Assembly: GCA_965267425.1 (NCBI GenBank) | Contig: OZ253959.1 | Coordinates: 3,137,836-3,161,835 of the forward strand | DNA from: Vicingaceae bacterium | GTDB lineage: Bacteria > Bacteroidota > Bacteroidia > Flavobacteriales_E > Vicingaceae | Length of the DNA: 24,000 nt | Direction of reading: 5' to 3' | Shown here: piece after piece, positions 9,126 to 17,377 of the stretch | How the letters are laid out: the number at the start of each line of letters is the position of its first letter | Numbering within the stretch: the first letter of the stretch is position 1 | The notes under the pieces: generated by a model | Seen by the model: only the letters and a program-made list of their open reading frames with translations | What the model was told of the DNA's origin: nothing | Database searches by the model: none | Position numbers and translations under genes: made by a program

Positions 9126-10285
9126 TAAGTGACCGAATTCAAAATTTCTGCCGCTTCTTTCAACGTTTCTTTTTCCTTGGCAAAACAAAAGCGTAGAACG
9201 TGGTTTTCCACTTTACTGTGATAAAAGACAGAAACAGGAATAGCCGCAATCTTGTATTTTTTGATCAAATGCAGTGCATATTCATTGTCAGGCATATCAG
9301 AAATGGCATCGTACCTGAGTAATTGAAAATAGGTGCCTGCAGACGGTAGGATTTCAAATTTGGAGTTTTTTAATAGTCCATTGAAATAATCTCTTTTTTT
9401 CTGGTAAAATTCTCCAAGTTTCAGATAATGTGAGGATTTATCCATATAATCTGCCAAAGCATATTGTATAGGCGTATTTACTGCAAATACGATAAACTGA
9501 TGTGCTTTTCGTATTTCCTTCATGATGTTTTCTGGCGCTAGGCAATAGCCTATTTTCCACCCTGTACAATGGTAGGTCTTTCCAAATGAAGAAACCACTA
9601 TGCTTTGAGCAGCCAGTTCAGGGCTTTGCATCACACTATTGTGCTCATTGTCATCAAAAACAACATGCTCGTACACTTCATCACTCAACACAAAAATGTC
9701 CGTCCCTTTCACAATTTTTTCAAGTTCCGACAAGTCGTTCTTTGACAACACCGTTCCAGTTGGGTTATGTGGTGTATTGATGATGATCATTCTTGTTTTT
9801 TGATTGATCACTTTTTTCACCTCTTCCCAGTCAATGCAATAGTCTGGAAGTTTTAATTGTACAAAAACAGGTTTTCCGCCATTCAACTTAATGGCAGGCT
9901 CATAACAATCATAAGCAGGAGTGAATATAATAACCTCATCATCTTCATTTATCAGGGATGCGATTACCGCATAAATCGCTTGAGTAGCGCCAGCGGTTAT
10001 TGTAATCTCCTTTTCGGCATCATATTTGCAACCATAAAGTGACTTGGTCTTCTCTGCAATCTTTTTTAGCAATCCCGGATGACCCGGCATTGGAGCATAC
10101 TGATTGTGCCCCTTTTTCATGTAGTGATGGACCCGGTTGATTAAATCTTCAGGCATGTCAAAATCAGGGAATCCTTGTGAAAGGTTTAATGCCCCTGCCT
10201 TGGCAGCATGCTGGTTAATGAGCGAAAAAATACTTTGATCCGTTTGTGGTAACTTAGAACGAATCGAGCCATTATAATGAATCAT
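9125..10285 (-). CDS. PLP-dependent aminotransferase class I/II, methionine aminotransferase-like (YbdL-like)
   Basis: GALNLSQGFPDFDMPEDL, NTPHNPTGTVLS, SFGKTYHCTGWKIGYC (PLP-lysine), NTPIQYALADYM. Stop codon overlaps the start of the downstream amidase by 1 nt. Confidence 0.9.
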   Translation of the reverse strand: MIHYNGSIRSKLPQTDQSIFSLINQHAAKAGALNLSQGFPDFDMPEDLINRVHHYMKKGHNQYAPMPGHPGLLKKIAEKTKSLYGCKYDAEKEITITAGATQAIYAVIASLINEDDEVIIFTPAYDCYEPAIKLNGGKPVFVQLKLPDYCIDWEEVKKVINQKTRMIIINTPHNPTGTVLSKNDLSELEKIVKGTDIFVLSDEVYEHVVFDDNEHNSVMQSPELAAQSIVVSSFGKTYHCTGWKIGYCLAPENIMKEIRKAHQFIVFAVNTPIQYALADYMDKSSHYLKLGEFYQKKRDYFNGLLKNSKFEILPSAGTYFQLLRYDAISDMPDNEYALHLIKKYKIAAIPVSVFYHSKVENHVLRFCFAKEKETLKEAAEILNSVT

Positions 10286-10362
10286 AGGACAGTCTCTTCA
10301 GCGCGAAGGTAAAGAATTCAATATTGTAAATATAAAAATGTATTTGGCTAACTTACCCTTTT

Positions 10363-10370
10363 TATCTTTG
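10363..10370 (+). promoter_or_regulatory. Candidate Bacteroidota -7 promoter element (TAnnTTTG) upstream of the DUF547/arsenosugar gene block
   Basis: TATCTTTG, with TTTG at 10343-10346 (16-nt spacer, slightly short), 16 bp upstream of ATG 10386. Confidence 0.4.
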
Positions 10371-10385
10371 TGTAACCGCAGTCTT

Positions 10386-11105
10386 ATGAAGTATATACAA
10401 TTTCTTACGTTGGTGGTCTTATTTCCTGTGTTGACAATTGCTCAGGTACCATCTCATTCTCAATGGAATACATTGTTACAAGCTTGTGTTAGTCCTGATG
10501 GGCAGGTCAATTACAAAGCTTTTAAAGCCCGACAGTCTGAACTGGATAATTACCTAAAAACATTGGCTGATGCCACACCTGGAAGCAGCTGGAGTTCAAA
10601 TGATAAATTGGCCTATTGGATCAATGCGTACAATGCATTTACGGTAAAACTTATTATCGACAATTATCCTTTAAAGAGCATTATGGATTTGGAAAAAGAT
10701 GGTGTTTCTCCATGGGATAAAAAATTTATCAAAATGCATGGGAAGACGTATACATTAAACCATATTGAACATCAAATTCTGAGGAAGGATTTCAGTGAAC
10801 CTCGCATTCATTTTGCCGTGAATTGTGCTTCACAATCTTGCCCAGATTTGCTTAATCGAGCGTATACTGGGAAAAATGTTTCGGCTGAATTGGAAAAAAG
10901 TACCAAAAAATTTATCAATAATTCTCAGCACAACAAACTCGCCTCAGGTTCGGCCAAAGTGTCTAAAATATTTGAGTGGTTTAAGGAAGACTTTACCAAA
11001 AATGGTTCGGTAATTGATTTCCTTAACAAATATGCCGCAGTGAAAATAGATAAGAATGCGACCATCAGTTATTTGGATTATGACTGGTCTTTGAACGGTT
11101 ACTAG
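10386..11105 (+). CDS. DUF547 domain-containing exported protein
   Basis: Likely start ATG 10386 (MKYIQFLTLVVLFPVLTIAQ signal peptide). YWINAYNAFTVKLIIDNYPLKSI... and HFAVNCASQSCPDL are DUF547 hallmarks. Confidence 0.88.
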   Translation: MKYIQFLTLVVLFPVLTIAQVPSHSQWNTLLQACVSPDGQVNYKAFKARQSELDNYLKTLADATPGSSWSSNDKLAYWINAYNAFTVKLIIDNYPLKSIMDLEKDGVSPWDKKFIKMHGKTYTLNHIEHQILRKDFSEPRIHFAVNCASQSCPDLLNRAYTGKNVSAELEKSTKKFINNSQHNKLASGSAKVSKIFEWFKEDFTKNGSVIDFLNKYAAVKIDKNATISYLDYDWSLNGY

Positions 11106-11129
11106 CAATAAACTTAATAGATACGATTT

Positions 11130-11465
11130 ATGGATGATGCTTACTACAAAGCAGCCGATCTGAAAAAGTTTGGCGATATCAAGGATTTTGAACCCAATTT
11201 GGCAGATAAATTTTTTACCTATTACAATGAAGTGTTTAAAGATGGAGCGCTCACGGCAAGAGAGAAATCTTTAATTGCATTGGCGGTATCGCATACCGTT
11301 CAGTGCCCATATTGTATTGATGCTTACACTGAAGATGCGCTGCAAAGAGGAATGGAAGAAGCCGAAATGATGGAAGCTGTTCATGTTGCTGCAGCCATAA
11401 GAGGGGGTGCCTCTTTGGTTCACGGTGTTCAAATGATGGAAAAGGTGAAAAAACAAAGCATGTAA
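11130..11465 (+). CDS. Arsenosugar biosynthesis-associated peroxidase-like protein (AhpD/carboxymuconolactone decarboxylase-like)
   Basis: FKDGALTAREKSLIALAVSHTVQCPYCIDAYTEDALQRGMEEAEMMEAVHVAAAIRGG: AhpD-like core with CxxC, immediately upstream of an ArsS-like gene. Confidence 0.85.
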   Translation: MDDAYYKAADLKKFGDIKDFEPNLADKFFTYYNEVFKDGALTAREKSLIALAVSHTVQCPYCIDAYTEDALQRGMEEAEMMEAVHVAAAIRGGASLVHGVQMMEKVKKQSM

Positions 11466-11472
11466 TTGGAGT

Positions 11473-12534
11473 TTGGAAAAGAGTCTACATAAACAAAACA
11501 ACACAATTGCCGATCCAAAAGTTCAATTGGAACATTTGAGCAATGGCCTTTTCAAATCAGGCACATTAAACGACTTTAGGAGCACTTTGGTTGACAACAA
11601 TATTGACATGTTGAGAGCGAGCGATCCTGAAATTTTGCAAGTCAATGTGGGTTACATGTGCAATCAGGTATGCAAGCATTGCCATGTTGATGCCGGTCCG
11701 GATAGAAAAGAAATCATGTCTCGAGAAACAATGACACATTGCCTCGATGTGCTGAGACAAAATGACTCTATAAATACATTGGATCTAACGGGTGGTGCCC
11801 CGGAAATGAATCCGGATTTCAGATGGTTCGTTGAAGAATCAAGGAAAGCAAAACCAAATTTGGACATCATTGTGCGTTCCAATCTCACGATCATATTGGC
11901 CAATCCAAAGTACCATGATCTGCCTGAGTTTTTCAAAAAAAACAATATTCACGTAGTTTCTTCTTTACCGTATTATAAAGCAGCTAAAACGGATAATCAA
12001 AGAGGAAAAGGAGTCTTTTCAAAATCAATTGAAGCGTTGATTTTGTTAAACAAACAAGGATACGGAATGCCTGATAGTCAATTGCAACTGGATTTAGTAT
12101 ATAATCCTGCCGGGGCTTTTTTACCCGCTGATCAATCGCAACTTGAAGCAGAATACAAAAGAGAATTGTTCAATGAATTTGGTATACAGTTTCATTCTCT
12201 TTTTGCGTTGACCAATATTCCGGTTAATCGTTTTTTGGAATATTTAATTCGAAGTGGGAATTATGAAGATTATATGACCAAATTGGTTAATGCATTTAAT
12301 CCTGCTACAATTGAAGGCTTGATGTGTTTAAACACATTGTCCATTGACTACCAGGGATATATTTACGATTGTGACTTCAATCAAATGTTAGATCTGGGCA
12401 GTGGTTTAAAAGACAAACTTCATGTGAGTTCCGTTTCTTCTGCGGAATTGAAAGGGCGAATTGTAAAGACCAGCCAACATTGTTATGGTTGCACCGCTGG
12501 TGCCGGTTCCAGTTGTCAGGGTACTCTATCATAA
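11473..12534 (+). CDS. arsS: Arsenosugar biosynthesis radical SAM protein ArsS
   Basis: Radical SAM motif VNVGYMCNQVCKHCHVDAGPDRKEIMS, LDLTGGAPEMNP, and C-terminal cysteines in CLNTLSIDYQGYIYDCDFNQM / CYGCTAGAGSSC. Predicted TTG start. Confidence 0.9.
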   Translation: MEKSLHKQNNTIADPKVQLEHLSNGLFKSGTLNDFRSTLVDNNIDMLRASDPEILQVNVGYMCNQVCKHCHVDAGPDRKEIMSRETMTHCLDVLRQNDSINTLDLTGGAPEMNPDFRWFVEESRKAKPNLDIIVRSNLTIILANPKYHDLPEFFKKNNIHVVSSLPYYKAAKTDNQRGKGVFSKSIEALILLNKQGYGMPDSQLQLDLVYNPAGAFLPADQSQLEAEYKRELFNEFGIQFHSLFALTNIPVNRFLEYLIRSGNYEDYMTKLVNAFNPATIEGLMCLNTLSIDYQGYIYDCDFNQMLDLGSGLKDKLHVSSVSSAELKGRIVKTSQHCYGCTAGAGSSCQGTLS

Positions 12535-12541
12535 TTCTATT

Positions 12542-13144
12542 TTGACAGCTTCCCTTATCATATTTGCAAAAAACCCGGTTGCCGGAAATGTGAAAACCCG
12601 GCTTGCAAAAGATATTGGAGAAGAAGAAGCTTTGAACGTTTACAAATGGTTGTTGCATTGCACTTCTTCCGCCATTGAAAATCTGAAGTTTACAAGAACC
12701 GTATATTTTGATAATCTCCCAGATAAATCTGATTTGCCCGATTTTGCTGAATTTCAATGGAGATTGCAAGAAGGTCAAGATCTTGGAGAAAAAATGAAAA
12801 ATGCCTTTCAATCAGAATTTGAGCGTGCTGAAAAAGTGATTATCATTGGAAGTGATTGTCCAGACATTACGGATGTTCATCTAACTTCAGCGCTTGACCT
12901 ACTTGACCATAACGATGCTGTCGTTGGTCCTGCTTCAGATGGAGGTTATTATTTGTTGGGGTTAAACTCGTTGCATACGACTTTATTTGATGGAATTTCA
13001 TGGAGTTCAGACGAGGTTCTGGAATTGACCATTGATAAACTGGAACAATCAGGGTTGACTTTTGCATTGTTAGAAGAGTTAACAGACATTGATACGGTTG
13101 AAGACCTTAAATCAAAAACATCAGATGTCAGAATATTTAAATAA
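12542..13144 (+). CDS. TIGR04282-type arsenosugar biosynthesis glycosyltransferase
   Basis: SLIIFAKNPVAGNVKTRLAKDIGEEEAL...VIIIGSDCPDITDVHLTSALDLLDHNDAVVGPASDGGYYLLGL is characteristic. Start proposed at TTG 12542; the track ORF starts at ATG 12485, inside arsS. Confidence 0.87.
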   Translation: MTASLIIFAKNPVAGNVKTRLAKDIGEEEALNVYKWLLHCTSSAIENLKFTRTVYFDNLPDKSDLPDFAEFQWRLQEGQDLGEKMKNAFQSEFERAEKVIIIGSDCPDITDVHLTSALDLLDHNDAVVGPASDGGYYLLGLNSLHTTLFDGISWSSDEVLELTIDKLEQSGLTFALLEELTDIDTVEDLKSKTSDVRIFK

Positions 13145-13946
13145 TATAAATGAAAGTGCTTCATTCATTTCAGGGCAATTGAATGCGCAACCTGAAATTG
13201 GAATAATACTGGGTACTGGATTGGGAGGATTGATAGACCATATGGAAATCTCACATTCCTTGTCGTATGAAAATATCCCTCATTTTGCTCAATCTACCGT
13301 GGAATCTCATTCTGGGAAACTGCATTTTGGAACCATCCATGGCAAACAATTAATGGTCATGCAAGGTCGTTTTCATTTCTACGAAGGGTACGACATGAAA
13401 CAAATTGCTTTTCCTGTTTACGTCATGAAGGCCCTGGGTGTAAAAAAATTGATTGTCTCCAACGCTGCAGGAAATATGAATCTTGATTGGAACAAAGGAG
13501 ATTTGATGCTTATTGAAGATCACATTAACCTGTTTCCTGACAACCCGTTGAGAGGAATAAACAACGACTCCCTTGGACCTAGATTTCCTGATATGAGCGA
13601 GGCTTATAGTCGTGCCCTGGGCGAAAAGGCACTTCAACACTCAGCCAACCTCAATATAACCCTTCGTAAAGGAGTATATGTTGGTGTCTCTGGTCCAAAC
13701 CTGGAAACGGCAGCAGAATATCGCTTTCTCAGAAGAATTGGTGCTGATGCTGTGGGCATGTCAACGGTTCCGGAAATCATAGCTGCCAACCATTGTGGAT
13801 TAGAATGTCTGGCCATTTCTGTATTGACAGACGATTGTGATCCGGACAATCTTCAACCTGTGAATATTGTAGAAATACTTGAAGTGGCTGGTAAGGCCGA
13901 AAAGAAGTTATCAATCCTCATTTCAAATGTTTTAAAAGAATTGTAA
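13125..13946 (+). CDS. Purine nucleoside phosphorylase (trimeric PNP/MTAP family)
   Basis: IGIILGTGLGGLIDHM, HSGKLHFGTIHGKQLMVMQGRFHFYEGYD, SNAAGNMN, GPNLETAAEYRFLRRIGADAVGMSTVPEIIAANHCGL. Likely start ATG 13125 (MSEYLNN), overlapping the upstream gene by 20 nt. Confidence 0.93.
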   Translation: MSEYLNNINESASFISGQLNAQPEIGIILGTGLGGLIDHMEISHSLSYENIPHFAQSTVESHSGKLHFGTIHGKQLMVMQGRFHFYEGYDMKQIAFPVYVMKALGVKKLIVSNAAGNMNLDWNKGDLMLIEDHINLFPDNPLRGINNDSLGPRFPDMSEAYSRALGEKALQHSANLNITLRKGVYVGVSGPNLETAAEYRFLRRIGADAVGMSTVPEIIAANHCGLECLAISVLTDDCDPDNLQPVNIVEILEVAGKAEKKLSILISNVLKEL

Positions 13947-14917
13947 TGGAATCATATTTAGAAAAAACCATAGATGTATATGAACAAGCAGCCAAAACTC
14001 CTGATGTAGGGTTGTGCTGCACCACGAGTCCAATTTGGCAACTTCCGGGATTAAGCATCCCTGGAAAAATGCTCAGCATGAACTATGGTTGCGGAACTAC
14101 CGTTCACCCTAGAGATTTAGTCAATGATCCATCTATTTTATATGTTGGCGTGGGCGGTGGAATGGAGTTATTACAATTTTCATATTTCAGCCGAAAACCA
14201 TCAGGAGTGACAGGTGTTGATGTAGTGGATAAAATGTTGAAAGCAGCGGATGAAAATTTGATGAAAGCAGAAGAATCCAATGATTGGTTTCAACGGAATT
14301 TTGTGGATTTGAAAAAAGGTGATGCCACAAATTTACCTGTAGATGATGGCAGTATGGATGTTGTTGCGCAAAATTGTCTTTTTAATATTTTCAAAGACCA
14401 TGAGCTCAAAGCCGCGTTGGAAGAAACATACAGAGTGTTGAAACCTCATGGAAGGTTTGTTTCATCCGATCCAGTTTGTGAATCAGGAATTCCAGATCAC
14501 TTGAAGGAAGATGAACATTTACGTGCACTTTGTCTTAGTGGTTCCATTCCATTGGATGAATACATCAAATACATGACAGATATTGGATTTGGGACCATTG
14601 AAGTTCGGGCGCGCAGACCCTACAGAATATTGCATCCAAATCATTACGATGTTGAACAACCCATTGAGATAGAGAGTGTTGAAGTTTGTGCCATAAAAGA
14701 CCCAATGCCAGAAGATGGCCCTTGTGTATTTACCGGTAGAAGTGCCATATACGTAGGAAAAGAAGAACATTTTGACGATGGTAAAGGGCATCTACTTTTA
14801 CCCAATCAGCCAATAGCTGTTTGTGATAAAACAGCATCAAACTTACAATCTCTTGAAAGAGATGACATGTTTGTCACGCCAAGTACGTACTTTTACGATG
14901 GCGGAGGATGTTGTTAA
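13946..14917 (+). CDS. arsM: Arsenosugar-cluster arsenite methyltransferase (ArsM-like)
   Basis: VGLCCTTSPIWQLPGL, SAM-binding VGVGGGMELLQFSYFSRKPSGVTGVDVVDKML, DGSMDVVAQNCLFNIF, VSSDPVCESGIP, C-terminal GGGCC; in an operon with ArsS. Confidence 0.87.
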   Translation: MESYLEKTIDVYEQAAKTPDVGLCCTTSPIWQLPGLSIPGKMLSMNYGCGTTVHPRDLVNDPSILYVGVGGGMELLQFSYFSRKPSGVTGVDVVDKMLKAADENLMKAEESNDWFQRNFVDLKKGDATNLPVDDGSMDVVAQNCLFNIFKDHELKAALEETYRVLKPHGRFVSSDPVCESGIPDHLKEDEHLRALCLSGSIPLDEYIKYMTDIGFGTIEVRARRPYRILHPNHYDVEQPIEIESVEVCAIKDPMPEDGPCVFTGRSAIYVGKEEHFDDGKGHLLLPNQPIAVCDKTASNLQSLERDDMFVTPSTYFYDGGGCC

Positions 14918-14973
14918 ACCGGGAAAGCCATCCTTTTGAAATAAATATTCGTCTACTTTTAAAAAGGAAATTT

Positions 14974-17025
14974 ATGAAATACTTCTACGGTCTTATAATC
15001 CTGTTTTCTTCTGCGATTGTTTTGGGTCAAACACGTATTGATTCTTCATTTGCGTTTGGAACCAATCCGGCAAAAAAATATTCAATTTACATCCCCAGCA
15101 ATTATAATGCTGGTGTTCCAAATGAGCTCATGGTGGGATTTCACCCATTTAATGTCTCTGTTTGGGATGCAGAAGCTTGGTGTGACACGCTCATCCAATT
15201 CAGTGAATCAAACGATTTAATCTTGGTATGTCCGGATGGAGGTACGAATGGTAATATTACTGATGCCATAGATTACGGCTTTACCACTGCATTGTTGGAT
15301 TCCATGAAACTATGGTATTCCATTGATACGAATCGAATATATGCCATGGGGTTTTCAATGGGCGGAGTAGCAACTTATGAATATGGCCTTCAATTTCCGG
15401 AAGTTTTTGGAGGATATTTACCTATTGGCGCTGCCATCAATGGCACTGGTTCCTTCAGCTCTGATCTGCCAAATTCGGGACAAAAACCGTTTTATTTGGT
15501 ACATGGGGCTAATGATGCACCAAACACCCGATATTGGCCTGCAATTAATGGATTAAACGCAAATTGTGCCATAGTCAATAGCATGTTGATGACTGGTGTT
15601 GGGCATACCATTAATTTCCCTAATCGAAATCAAATTTTATCAGATGCATACCAATGGATTGATTCAGTAAATGTTACACCAAGAAGTGGAGGGTTTAACT
15701 TAATCAGTCCGATTTCCTTTTCTTCACTTGATGTGAAAGGGTTTTCTAATCTGGAAACCGTATTGACATGGGAATCAAATTCCATAGCAGATACTTGTGG
15801 CGTTATGAAATATGAATTCATGTTGGACGTTTCCAATGGATCATTTACTCCACCAATCTATACCAGATTAAGTGATAACAATGGCGAAGACACAACGCTC
15901 ACTTTTACCAATCACGAATTGGACAGCCTGTTAAATTCATTTGGTGTTCTTCCTGGAGCTTCCATCACCCTTAAATGGGCCGTTCGTTCTAATTTATTTA
16001 ATCAATGGTATGACACGGCAAAAGCTTTTATCATTACAGTAAACCGAGGAACCGTGGGTTTTAAAAGTACTGACCCTTTTGACAGTGCAAGAGAAACTTT
16101 GGTTCAAGATGCAACACTGCGTTTTGAATGGACTGCGATGAATCATTCGGCTCCTGTGACTTATGCACTTGAAATTGATTCTGTTGGTGCTGATTTTGCT
16201 TCTCCAATTGTCACCTATGTACCTGCCAATGGCGCCTTAAATAATTTCGTTGTCGCTGAACATGAACAATTATATTATGACTTTCTCATGCCCGACAATG
16301 CAGTTCAGGGAGATTCCATTATGTTGTCATGGCGGGCTGTGGCAATGGAAGGTACACATATAGAATATTCCAATCCAAGAACACTAACGCTAATAAAAGA
16401 CTCCGTTGGAGTATCCCTAAAGTTTCCACTTAGCGAATCTGAATTGATCAGCCAATCAGGTTTTGATTATTCGTTCACTTGGGACAGTGTAGGTGTTGCC
16501 AATATTACTTATGAATTTTTGATAGATACCACTCTTGCCGGATTGACAGGATCTCCCAAGTCCTACCAATCTGACAATGGAGGAAACGATGCTCAGATCT
16601 TTATTCCATATGAACGTATGGATTCTATTGCTCATCATTTTGGGATTAACTATACGGACACCTTAAAGGCCTACTGGACTGTAAAAGTTACTCACCCCAA
16701 TGGATTTGAGTATGCACTTGAACCTTTTTTGGTGTATGTTCACCGCGATGTGCCTATTGGAATTGAGCAAGTATTCACTCAGGAAAACATTGCTGTGTTT
16801 CCAAATCCTTCCAAAGATCAGGTTACACTTCAATTTGAACCCTTGAGTGAAGCGGGAATTCTAAGAATTCTTGATGCTGAAGGAAAACTCGTTTTCCTGT
16901 CGAATCTAAACAAAACTCAACAGCGTGTTGAATTGGATATTCATTCCTGGGAACCTGGTATTTATCAGGTTCAATTCCAGTCTGGAAAATCAATGATTCA
17001 CAGCCGAATAGTAAAGGTTGAGTAA
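14974..17025 (+). CDS. Secreted esterase/PHB-depolymerase-like alpha/beta hydrolase with three repeat modules and T9SS type A C-terminal sorting domain
   Basis: Likely start ATG 14974 (MKYFYGLIILFSSAIVLGQ). GFSMGG nucleophile elbow, LVHGANDAPN, GVGHTINFP; C-terminus VFPNPSKDQVTLQFE...ILRILDAEGKLVF...GIYQVQFQSGKSMIHSRIVKV. Confidence 0.85.
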   Translation: MKYFYGLIILFSSAIVLGQTRIDSSFAFGTNPAKKYSIYIPSNYNAGVPNELMVGFHPFNVSVWDAEAWCDTLIQFSESNDLILVCPDGGTNGNITDAIDYGFTTALLDSMKLWYSIDTNRIYAMGFSMGGVATYEYGLQFPEVFGGYLPIGAAINGTGSFSSDLPNSGQKPFYLVHGANDAPNTRYWPAINGLNANCAIVNSMLMTGVGHTINFPNRNQILSDAYQWIDSVNVTPRSGGFNLISPISFSSLDVKGFSNLETVLTWESNSIADTCGVMKYEFMLDVSNGSFTPPIYTRLSDNNGEDTTLTFTNHELDSLLNSFGVLPGASITLKWAVRSNLFNQWYDTAKAFIITVNRGTVGFKSTDPFDSARETLVQDATLRFEWTAMNHSAPVTYALEIDSVGADFASPIVTYVPANGALNNFVVAEHEQLYYDFLMPDNAVQGDSIMLSWRAVAMEGTHIEYSNPRTLTLIKDSVGVSLKFPLSESELISQSGFDYSFTWDSVGVANITYEFLIDTTLAGLTGSPKSYQSDNGGNDAQIFIPYERMDSIAHHFGINYTDTLKAYWTVKVTHPNGFEYALEPFLVYVHRDVPIGIEQVFTQENIAVFPNPSKDQVTLQFEPLSEAGILRILDAEGKLVFLSNLNKTQQRVELDIHSWEPGIYQVQFQSGKSMIHSRIVKVE

Positions 17026-17361
17026 CTATAAAATTTTATTCAGCATTAATATGAGCTCCTGTTCAAGAGGGTTGAAATCGTCATGTTCCAATTTAAAAAT
17101 TTGACGCATTTTGGCGATTACCTCTTCTTTTGACTCATACTGATCTTTAAATTTTGCAAATAGTCCTTGCAAGGTTTCAATGTGATCTATATCATTCTGC
17201 GCACTAAAGATTTCATTGATTTTATCAAATTCATCTTGTCCCAATAAGGAAACAATATGGGCTTTTTCTTTTTCAGTAATGGTGAAATCTGCTGATGCTG
17301 CATAGATCATCAGGTACGCAAGAAAATCATCATGCGTGCAGCTTTCTATCGAAAATGACAT
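17026..17361 (-). CDS. Small conserved-looking protein of unknown function, possibly TerB-like
   Basis: 111 aa, AASADFTITEKEKAHIVSLLG.. resembles the acidic helical start of TerB-like domains; 16 nt downstream of the bacilliredoxin gene on the same strand. Confidence 0.6.
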   Translation of the reverse strand: MSFSIESCTHDDFLAYLMIYAASADFTITEKEKAHIVSLLGQDEFDKINEIFSAQNDIDHIETLQGLFAKFKDQYESKEEVIAKMRQIFKLEHDDFNPLEQELILMLNKIL

Positions 17362-17377
17362 GAGGGTAAATTAAAAG

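Noticed and set aside
10286-10385. Possible small RNA or tRNA in the largest intergenic gap
   Set aside because: 100 bp, AT-rich, with no cloverleaf or strong hairpin visible; better explained as a divergent promoter region.
12485-12541. N-terminal extension of the glycosyltransferase (MVAPLVPVPVVRVLYHNSI)
   Set aside because: Entirely or almost entirely within arsS coding sequence and unlike the family N-terminus, which begins around (M)xxxLIIFAKNP.
12377-12811. 144-aa minus-strand ORF spanning the arsS/glycosyltransferase junction
   Set aside because: Composition typical of a reverse-frame shadow, and both plus-strand genes have strong family motifs through this region.
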